Shown: piece by piece, positions 28,777-36,581 of the stretch
How the letters are laid out: every line of letters begins with the position of its first letter
How positions within the stretch are numbered: the stretch's first letter is position 1
From: Opitutales bacterium
Lineage (GTDB): Bacteria; Verrucomicrobiota; Verrucomicrobiia; Opitutales; UBA2995
Length of the DNA stretch: 64,000 nt
NCBI GenBank assembly: GCA_965218995.1
Contig: CBDCML010000003.1
Location: 1,050,523 to 1,114,522, forward strand
Direction: 5' to 3'
The notes under the pieces: model-generated
Told to the model about the DNA's origin: nothing
The model's database searches: none
The model's input: only the letters and a program-made list of their open reading frames with translations
Made by a program: the position numbers and the translations under genes

Positions 28777-30506
28777 CTTCGTCCGTTATCCTTGGGATCG
28801 AGCCAGAACGGCTCGCCCTCCTGGTATGGGTCGATCTCCTGTTCTCTTGGGGGCCTGCGGTCGATCAAACCGAACCGGCGAACTACGGGACAGGCGAGCG
28901 ATCGCGCTTCGTTTGTCAGGCTTTCGGCAACGAAGCCCATGAGCGTCGTGCCACCCGTGACGTTCACCAGCACTTCGGTTGCGCCGACAAAGTGCTCGCG
29001 CGCTTTCTTCGCGAGTTCCTTGATCTCATTCTTTCCACCGAAGGCGTCATCGAGCAGAAGGTGTTCGACTGGCCTGGAGTATTCAGCGCGTTCGATTGCT
29101 TCTTCGATTCTGTCCTGAGCCTCAATGGAACAAATGACCAGGACCAAACTCGGCTCGCCGCCACCATTGGCTTTACAGGCGTGTATTGCACTGAACAGCA
29201 CCCCGGGCCGTAGGCCGATGGGGCTGACCAGAACTGGCCCGCCGGGCGACCTGCCGAGGGTGAGAGGAATGTCGGGCAGCGATCTGAGTGTGGATTTCCA
29301 ATACTCGAGAACGCGCTCGATCTGGCTATCGATCTTACTGTCGTTGATGAGTTCCTGTCGTCGCATCCCGTGGTGATTGTATCCATTTCGCAATTCCGAG
29401 AGCGTTGCCCAAAACCCACCGAGCGCGCGCTGTTCTTCGGTCAGTACGTCGCAGAGTTCGGCATCCATGGAGACAGCCCTTATCGCTCCGAGTAATCTGG
29501 TCGCGTGCTGCCGCGTCTGTCGGTATTCGAGCCAATGGGTTCGAGGTCGTTGGAGGTGGATGATCCATGAAACCGACCACTCGTTCATCAAGCCGATAGC
29601 GGTAGCTGTGTGCCCATGATGTAAGAGGTCATCTATGACGTGGGCTTGTCGCTCCAACTCACCTTCAGATAGGGCAATTTTTCCTTTCTTTCCCTGACCG
29701 AAAACCTTTTTCTCCAGAGCGAAGGCATTGATTATGTTGGCAAGCTGCTTACGCAGTTCGTTCGCCAGGGGCAGACGCTGCTCATCCCTGAGCAACCGCC
29801 CCAATGGCTTGTAATGCTTTCGCATTTTACGAGCTTGCAACCCCAGTTCCAACGGTAGGCCGGATAGATACGCCCTCGACAAACCCGACAAGTCGGCGAT
29901 TATGTCCGCCGGCGGGTTTTGTGAACCATCTCTGAGCAATTCCGCCATTGACAGCGCGCTGCCCGTGTCGCGCAGGACCTCCAAAGCATAAACCCAGCGG
30001 GGCAATTCCAGAATCGGCCGTAGATCGAGGAAAGGGCTTGGCGCATCCCAATTCAGCATCCCGTAGTATGCGCCACGTACTCGGACTCCACGCAACGCGG
30101 CCAAGTAGAGAACAGCGAAATAGGTAAGAAACGAGAAATGCCGAAAGCCGTGGGTGACATCCACAGTGAGGTCGACATCCCCAGGGATGGCGTCCGTAAC
30201 TGTGGCCAAGTAGTCATTGACGTCCTCCTGTCGGTCGCCGCCGGGAACCTCGACCAGTTGCACGGGGCATCGACCCCTCAGTGCGTCTTCGAGCAACGGC
30301 CAGCTATCCTGCTTCGCCTCCGGCGTGCATAACGCCAGCACCCGATTCGGCCGCTCGTCTTCTGGCAGAAGGTCTAGCAAGGCAATAGGGGCGAGCTTGG
30401 CCTCTGCCGTGCGCCCTTCCAGAACGTAGCACGCCGGTTTCGGATTCGTGCCGAGCGAGGTGAGCAACAAGTGCTCCCCCGCCGTAGTATCGTGGAACTC
30501 AGTCAT
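28764..30506 (-). CDS. csx1: Csx1/Csm6-family CARF-HEPN protein with a second C-terminal CARF-like domain
   Basis: LLLTSLGTNP...DVTHGFRHFSF (TM1812-type CARF) and RNGYNH (the R-N-x3-H HEPN motif). The C-terminus has VLVSPIGLRPGVLFSAI...NVTGGTTLMG. I prefer the start at 30506 (GGGAGGG 4 nt upstream); the ORF track starts at 30545. Confidence 0.8.
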   Translation of the reverse strand: MTEFHDTTAGEHLLLTSLGTNPKPACYVLEGRTAEAKLAPIALLDLLPEDERPNRVLALCTPEAKQDSWPLLEDALRGRCPVQLVEVPGGDRQEDVNDYLATVTDAIPGDVDLTVDVTHGFRHFSFLTYFAVLYLAALRGVRVRGAYYGMLNWDAPSPFLDLRPILELPRWVYALEVLRDTGSALSMAELLRDGSQNPPADIIADLSGLSRAYLSGLPLELGLQARKMRKHYKPLGRLLRDEQRLPLANELRKQLANIINAFALEKKVFGQGKKGKIALSEGELERQAHVIDDLLHHGHTATAIGLMNEWSVSWIIHLQRPRTHWLEYRQTRQHATRLLGAIRAVSMDAELCDVLTEEQRALGGFWATLSELRNGYNHHGMRRQELINDSKIDSQIERVLEYWKSTLRSLPDIPLTLGRSPGGPVLVSPIGLRPGVLFSAIHACKANGGGEPSLVLVICSIEAQDRIEEAIERAEYSRPVEHLLLDDAFGGKNEIKELAKKAREHFVGATEVLVNVTGGTTLMGFVAESLTNEARSLACPVVRRFGLIDRRPPREQEIDPYQEGEPFWLDPKDNGRRWQS

Positions 30507-30734
30507 GATCCCTCCCTTCTTCATTTGGAAGACGACACAGCCCACATCTCTGGAAGCGGCACGGTACCGGGCGCAGGTTCAGATCCAGAGTCCCTGGTTT
30601 CTGAAAGTTGTTTCCCATCGTTACCTGAGCGGGCTTCTTTGTTTCATTTGACCAATTTGGAATAGGCAAAGCGATTTCGTCCTTTTTAGGGGGTGTCCAT
30701 TAAAAATGAAAATCAAATTTCTGGCTTCTTCATT

Positions 30735-30838
30735 CCGGGAACACAGGGAGTTGCAAGTGGTCTCTCAATGCTTTCATGGTCTTGAAGCCCTTGCGCAAAC
30801 GCTTGGGATCGGCGATATCGTAAGAAATGAGGTAGGTT
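30735..30838 (-). pseudogene. cas2: cas2 5' remnant #3 (diverged, no start, premature stop)
   Basis: TYLISYDIADPKRLRKGFKTMKALRDHLQLPVFPE*. It begins exactly at the stop codon of the 343-aa gene. Confidence 0.7.
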
Positions 30839-31868
30839 AAACAGTGTAATTTACTGGCTTGGAAACTGAAAAACTGACTTGGCCATTTTTTGTCGTGAAG
30901 CGTCTGCAACGGAATAGTTCAACAACGCCCAGAGGTTGTAGTTCTTTTAGATTTGGCCGTTCACGGGTTAATTCCCGGTGAGCAATGAGCGTCCTCAAAA
31001 CATCCAGTGAAAGTTTATCCCCCCATACCGGCCAAGTAAAACAATGCAACTTTTCTTGGGTCGAATAACTAAATCCCGGCGTTTCTACTCGACGAACTGT
31101 TGGTATCAGCGGAAAAACGGACAGGGCCTCTATGCCAAGACGATTGGCTCCGCGTTGAGTGCAAATAAGTCCGTTGTATGGAGACTGCCTGTCGCCTTTA
31201 TGTTTTTCTTTCGGGTCGCGGTGCCGCAAAGCATGGTATCTTTTTTCTTGAGCATCCCATCGGCAGCCCGGCCTCGATTCTCGGAATTTCCAAACATCGA
31301 GAAGCGTTTGTTTTAGGTGATCAACCGTTGTGGAAAGTTGTTGATTGTTAAAGCCTGAAAGATCCAGTGCTGTTTTAAGAAAATATTGTTGGCTGCCTCC
31401 GGTTAAAGCACATAGCTGGGTAGAACTTGCAAATTTACCGTTTTTATCATCGGGAAGATCAGAAAACCACCCCGAAAACGTGTCGGAATAGCGAAATCGT
31501 TCAGACATACCCTTTTTGATTGATTCTTTGAGATAGTTTGTAGCATCGACCGGATCGATTTTTGTAATGGTTGGGTAGGGTTTGTTGCCGTTGGTTTGTT
31601 GAAGCGTGAAGCGCGTTAGGTTGCTCTCACTGGTCAAATCCTCGTGAATCTTTTCAATTTGGTCAGTAGTAAGCGCCTCGCCATCAATCAAGACACGTCC
31701 CCGCCAGCCAAGAGATTGCTCCCAATGCAAGGTGACACGTTTATTCCGAAAGATGTTGGTGCAAGTAACCAAGGCGCCCACTGCCGATAGGAATCCAAGC
31801 AGGTTGCTTCCATCGGGACCTGCCCCTTTCGGGCGATCCGAATACTTCGATTCATTAGTCATGGGCAC
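30837..31868 (-). CDS. uncharacterised protein in the large-subunit (Cas8u/Csb3) position of the I-G module
   Basis: 343 aa. Overlaps the cas3 stop by 14 bp. The N-terminal NLLGFLSAVGALV resembles the LGALxALG-type start of Cas8-like proteins, but I recognise no confident family. Confidence 0.35.
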   Translation of the reverse strand: MPMTNESKYSDRPKGAGPDGSNLLGFLSAVGALVTCTNIFRNKRVTLHWEQSLGWRGRVLIDGEALTTDQIEKIHEDLTSESNLTRFTLQQTNGNKPYPTITKIDPVDATNYLKESIKKGMSERFRYSDTFSGWFSDLPDDKNGKFASSTQLCALTGGSQQYFLKTALDLSGFNNQQLSTTVDHLKQTLLDVWKFRESRPGCRWDAQEKRYHALRHRDPKEKHKGDRQSPYNGLICTQRGANRLGIEALSVFPLIPTVRRVETPGFSYSTQEKLHCFTWPVWGDKLSLDVLRTLIAHRELTRERPNLKELQPLGVVELFRCRRFTTKNGQVSFSVSKPVNYTV

Positions 31869-34800
31869 TTAGCTTTGCGGAGGCAACATGGTCCGAGAGG
31901 CGTGCTATCGCTTCAAGGAAGGCCAGTCCGTGCCAACCGAATTGCCTTTGAAGAGAGACGAAGCGATCAGTCAACCCTCTGTCCAAGCGGTTCCACGCCG
32001 TTCGCTCCACCAGATGCAAGGAGAGGTTCTGGTTCTTAAATGAAACGGGGGGCGGATTTTCATTGTTTATCACAGGGGCCATTGCTCGACAAAGGCCATG
32101 GTGGGTAGCGATTAGATGCTTCAAAAGGGCGATACTCTCCTCTGCCATTCCATTTAGGCAGGAACGATTCTGTTCAATCATATCGAGAGAAACCAGTTCA
32201 TGCCGCCAGCCTGTCGGCAACTCGCATTCTCTCCAGCGATTCCTAAATTCCTCTTTTGTCAAATGCTCGTCTCCCGATTTTGCTATCGGTGGTTCTCCTG
32301 CTCCTTCATACCTCCCGCCATAGAGAAAATCCTGAAAGCGAGGATCGGCTTTGCCTATGTCGTGCAACCGTGGAAACGATTTAAGCGCCTCTTGGACGGA
32401 CTCAGGAAAGGACAGTTTTTTAAGCCAGTCATTGAGCACGGTTTCGACGTCGGCAGTGTGAGCAATTAGTTCTCTTGGTTCAATTTCGGTAAAGGAGGAA
32501 TCTTCGTCCTCCCACAGATAAACGGGGTTTCCCTTTGGTTGTTTCTTGCTGGTGATGATCCATCCCGACCCGTCCGGGTAAGCTCTGTGACGGAAGTCTT
32601 CCCTGTTTAAACTCTGAGCCAGATTACGAACGTCAGCCCTAAGCCACTGGCATTCAGCCAAAGCGCTCAATGTTTCTTTTACCTTGTTTACCGAGAAACC
32701 CTTCTCTTCATCCGCAGCGTCCAATCGCAAGGACTTCAGCATTCTCAAAATGTTGGCTTCTTCCTCGTCGGAAACATCCTGGTCCGGTTCTTTCCAGGAA
32801 TTCAACAGCGAAGGATGAAGCCGCAGTGTCGATCGCCCTTTCTGCCGTGAATGGGCGATGTCCGCTATGTCGGGGACACTGTCCTTGTCCGACGGATTCC
32901 AGCCAAATTGGTCTAAGCCGCCGTTCGAGGAACAAATGATCACGGTATCGCCGGGTCGCAATTGCTTGGTTAATTCTGATTTTTGAGAGACACGGATGGA
33001 GATGGATTCCTTTTTGCCCCGCCAAATGACGATTTGATTCGGCAGTTCATGCTCGTTCTGCGGGTTTTCTCGATTCTTACCGGCCTTTTGCCCCTCGATG
33101 TCCGAGCAGTCGTCATTTGGCCTTAATCGACCAAGCAACCATTTCTTTGCAACACCAAAGGACAACGACAGCGTTTCCGCCGATGAAGGTGGAACGATCG
33201 AAAGGTTTTCCGTCCACTGGTTGAATTCGTCAGGCAAATCCGCTCGCCAGACGAGGTTGATGTCGGCGGGTTCCGTGTTGGGTCCATGCAGGAAAACTGC
33301 CGGGTCGGGATCGGGTGATGGTTTCGGGTTGGTCTGTGCGAAATAATCAAGGTGTGAAGGCATCAACACAGGCGCTTGAATTCGAGGAGTAAGACAATTA
33401 TCCCAAAAACTGTTGGCGAAGTTCTTCGCATCTTTCCTCAGATCTATTTCGCTACGCTTTTTTCTTTTATTGCTTTGCTTGGTGTTTTTCTTCTTAAGGT
33501 TCTCGAATTCAGCTCTGGAAATTTCCTCAAGAAGGTCGTTTAGTTTCGACTTAAACTCTTTGATTCCAAACCCAATGCAATGCTCGCCAGTGGTTTTCTT
33601 TTGTTTCTTGATTTGCTTTCTTACCTTTTCCAGAAGCCTGAAGCTATGGTAGATCGCATTTCCGTAAATTGGGTCTTCGAAGCCTTTGTGCACACTGTCA
33701 CTTTGTGCCACAATCCAAGCTTTTGTTTTGCCCAGGCAACCGAGACGATCCAGCCGTCCAAATCTCTGGCGTAGTGAGTCCATACTGGCCATCTCTGTGA
33801 CAAGACCGTCGAAATCAATGTTGGCTCCAACTTCAATACATTGAGTCGCCACGACGAAGATAGGACGATCTTCATGCGAACGTTTGCGGTTGGCCTTGAT
33901 CCGGTTCCAGTGTTTTTTGATAAGCCGGTCTCGGTCAATGGCACGGCAGCGACCGATCAATAGAATTGTATCCGCTTCAAGGGACTCACTCTCGATTATA
34001 TCTGAAAGTTGGCCATGCACGGCCCTAGCTGTACCGACCCTGTTCAGGATCACACCAATCACACGACGTTGATTCAGGGTTTCTCTCGCGATCTCCGAAA
34101 CTTTGGAAACAAATTCTTTTTTCCGCTTGGGCTCCTGATCCTCCCAACGCTTCTTTTCCCTATTCGACGCCCTATTTGGCGGAGGCTTCCAATTTCCGAC
34201 CGTAATCAATGACGCTTGTTTGGATGCCTTAAGACGTTTCCTCAGAACAGGGCTGGCCTCTTCCTTTTCCGGATAAGTTTCCTTAAAAGGAAATACCTTT
34301 TCCTTTTCTATCTTTTCCAGTGACAAGGTAGCGGACATAAAGGAAACTTGCAGCGGCTTACCGACTCTCGTTGGACACCACTTCTTATCCGAGCGATAGT
34401 GCTTTAGGAGTTTCAGCGTTTGCCGAAACGGCTCTGAAAGGTGAGCTTCATCTAAAACAATCAGCGAATCCGTCCCCGCTAAACCAGCGTGAATTGGCGC
34501 CATTTTTTGACTGATGCCGTAACCCCGAAAGAGCAGGCGGGAACCAATTTGATCCACCGTTGTCAAGCAGACCGTTGGTTGCGTTGGGGATTTTGCCCAT
34601 GCAGTTTCAAGCGGCATGCCGCCACGCATGACGCTTACATGGAGCGGCTGGTCAGCGTCGGAGAGGGCAGTTAATTTGTATTTTAAAATTGAAAGACCGG
34701 GTTCACTTTTAATTTTCTCGGCAATCTCATCCGCTCGCTCCTTGGCCTCGTCCACGACAATACGGCGGTCCACCACGAAGAAAATGCGAGTTGCGGCGGC

Positions 34801-34980
34801 CTTCCATCCCATCGCCAGGGCATAGACGGCAATGTCAATGAGAGCAGTCTTGCCGGCAGAAGTCGGCGCCTCAATGATTTCGGGCCATTTTCCCTCTGAC
34901 TCGATGCGCCGAGCCAACTCCTTCTGCCAGGGAAACGGGCCATATTTCCAAAGGAAATGAAAGTAATCTTCAAAATTCAT
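31855..34980 (-). CDS. cas3: Cas3 helicase with C-terminal HD nuclease domain (type I-G/I-U architecture)
   Basis: 1041 aa with APTSAGKT (motif I) and VLDEAH (motif II). The C-terminus has HTADV...RLHDIGKADPRFQ...WRHELVS...ATHHG. Confidence 0.88.
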   Translation of the reverse strand: MNFEDYFHFLWKYGPFPWQKELARRIESEGKWPEIIEAPTSAGKTALIDIAVYALAMGWKAAATRIFFVVDRRIVVDEAKERADEIAEKIKSEPGLSILKYKLTALSDADQPLHVSVMRGGMPLETAWAKSPTQPTVCLTTVDQIGSRLLFRGYGISQKMAPIHAGLAGTDSLIVLDEAHLSEPFRQTLKLLKHYRSDKKWCPTRVGKPLQVSFMSATLSLEKIEKEKVFPFKETYPEKEEASPVLRKRLKASKQASLITVGNWKPPPNRASNREKKRWEDQEPKRKKEFVSKVSEIARETLNQRRVIGVILNRVGTARAVHGQLSDIIESESLEADTILLIGRCRAIDRDRLIKKHWNRIKANRKRSHEDRPIFVVATQCIEVGANIDFDGLVTEMASMDSLRQRFGRLDRLGCLGKTKAWIVAQSDSVHKGFEDPIYGNAIYHSFRLLEKVRKQIKKQKKTTGEHCIGFGIKEFKSKLNDLLEEISRAEFENLKKKNTKQSNKRKKRSEIDLRKDAKNFANSFWDNCLTPRIQAPVLMPSHLDYFAQTNPKPSPDPDPAVFLHGPNTEPADINLVWRADLPDEFNQWTENLSIVPPSSAETLSLSFGVAKKWLLGRLRPNDDCSDIEGQKAGKNRENPQNEHELPNQIVIWRGKKESISIRVSQKSELTKQLRPGDTVIICSSNGGLDQFGWNPSDKDSVPDIADIAHSRQKGRSTLRLHPSLLNSWKEPDQDVSDEEEANILRMLKSLRLDAADEEKGFSVNKVKETLSALAECQWLRADVRNLAQSLNREDFRHRAYPDGSGWIITSKKQPKGNPVYLWEDEDSSFTEIEPRELIAHTADVETVLNDWLKKLSFPESVQEALKSFPRLHDIGKADPRFQDFLYGGRYEGAGEPPIAKSGDEHLTKEEFRNRWRECELPTGWRHELVSLDMIEQNRSCLNGMAEESIALLKHLIATHHGLCRAMAPVINNENPPPVSFKNQNLSLHLVERTAWNRLDRGLTDRFVSLQRQFGWHGLAFLEAIARLSDHVASAKLSAHD

Positions 34981-36554
34981 TAGGTAACACTCGTTTTTCC
35001 GTGGTGCAAAGGACGGAACAGGCCGTAGCCAAGGTAACGGCTTCGGCCAAGGAGTATCGGACCGAAAACCTTTTCGGCAAAGATGAGCTTCACATGTGCG
35101 TGAACGGGGCGCGGTTTGCCAATGCGCGCTTTTTGCGGAGCAAAATGGCGAATGGGCGGACTCGCTTCGACCCAGGATGTTTTCGAAACGAACACCTTGT
35201 CCGGTTCAGGCAAGCCGATATTACGGCAGGAAACACGAATGCTTGCCTTGGCTTCTTTAAGCGCCTTTTCAGTCGCTCGAACTTCGGCCTCCGTCTTCCG
35301 TGCTCGTCCAAACAAAAAGCCAGGGAAACGATCCAAGGCCATCGGGGTAGCCGTGGCCCAAACTTTAGCCCCTTTACGGCGACCGCCACACCATGTTAGT
35401 GGCCGCAGTGTTGCTGGAAAACCGGGTTTTCGGAAATCCTTAGCCCGAACCCTCTCCAATTTGATAGTGGAGCCTCGAAAGGGAAGGGCCTTGATGTTTC
35501 GCAGCACTCTTATAGTGGCTTCGGCCACGGGGCGGTTTTCAGGTTCACTGATACGCCTGGGTAGAACAGCGGCGAGGCCAAATACGAGTCCGTTTGCATT
35601 GGGATGGGAAACCCAGGGTAGCGCCAACCAGGCAACATGCGCCCTTTTCATAGGCTTTCCATTCGTGGAATGACCCGAAATCACACAAAGTGCCTCGGAA
35701 GGAAGTTCCTTGCGGCGTTCCTCAGCGAATCGGCAGGCTTCCGTCTTAAGATTCGAGGTCAGCCCAAGGGTTGCGGTTAAGGGCACTCGCGCCCACTCCG
35801 GGAAGCGAAAAACGATCCATTGTTCGCCAAAATGGGAATGGCGGGTGCTAACGATTTCTCCTGCTGCGGCTCCCTGTTCGACATAGCGGACCGGATCAGA
35901 CGGCAAGCGGTAGTTCTGTTGGGAATACTCGTTATACAAATAAATGCCTTCGAGAAGTTCCAGAAGACCATCGTCGATGCCGCGGAGCGTCATTCCGAAT
36001 TGCGAAATTGTAGGAACAATGTGGACATAACGATGCTCAGCAATCTCTGGTAATTGATCGAGAAGCCCTATGGAAACTATAGAACTGGAGTGTCCCAAAT
36101 AGGAAACACGGGACATCAAGGCTTCCAGCGTGGCTTTGTAATTTTGCAGATCATAAGAAGCGATATTAACCCATTGGAAATAGACTGCCTTGGCGGATTC
36201 AGGCAGCAACAGCGTTGGGAAGGTTCGTTCTTTTTTTGGTCTTAATTCAGGCAAATGATCCGGGATTTTTTTCTCTCCCATAGGATCGTTGACCGGAACG
36301 AAGTGTCGGCGGACAACACGTTCACCAACAAAGTTGCCAGGACAATAAAAGATTTCTGGATTTCCCTGCCGTTGCAGCCATTCGAGAGCTTCACGTTCCG
36401 AAGCATCTCCATCGTAGCTCTTCTCAGAATCGAAGACATGTAAGGCGGAGACCAGCGAGTAGAACAAACGTGCCGGATGTGGTGGCCATTCTGCTTCGTC
36501 GTGCGTCTCCTTTGCGACGTAGCGCGACGTTATGAATTCACAACGTATCAACAT
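34980..36554 (-). CDS. csb2: type I-G (I-U) Csb2, Cas5-Cas6 fusion family
   Basis: The N-terminus MLIRCEFITSRYVAKETHDEAEWPPHPARLFYSLVSAL matches the Csb2 hallmark (GRYHA...WPPSPxRLFxALV). Confidence 0.78.
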   Translation of the reverse strand: MLIRCEFITSRYVAKETHDEAEWPPHPARLFYSLVSALHVFDSEKSYDGDASEREALEWLQRQGNPEIFYCPGNFVGERVVRRHFVPVNDPMGEKKIPDHLPELRPKKERTFPTLLLPESAKAVYFQWVNIASYDLQNYKATLEALMSRVSYLGHSSSIVSIGLLDQLPEIAEHRYVHIVPTISQFGMTLRGIDDGLLELLEGIYLYNEYSQQNYRLPSDPVRYVEQGAAAGEIVSTRHSHFGEQWIVFRFPEWARVPLTATLGLTSNLKTEACRFAEERRKELPSEALCVISGHSTNGKPMKRAHVAWLALPWVSHPNANGLVFGLAAVLPRRISEPENRPVAEATIRVLRNIKALPFRGSTIKLERVRAKDFRKPGFPATLRPLTWCGGRRKGAKVWATATPMALDRFPGFLFGRARKTEAEVRATEKALKEAKASIRVSCRNIGLPEPDKVFVSKTSWVEASPPIRHFAPQKARIGKPRPVHAHVKLIFAEKVFGPILLGRSRYLGYGLFRPLHHGKTSVT

Positions 36555-36581
36555 GGCTGTGGAATTCCGTAACTACAAACT

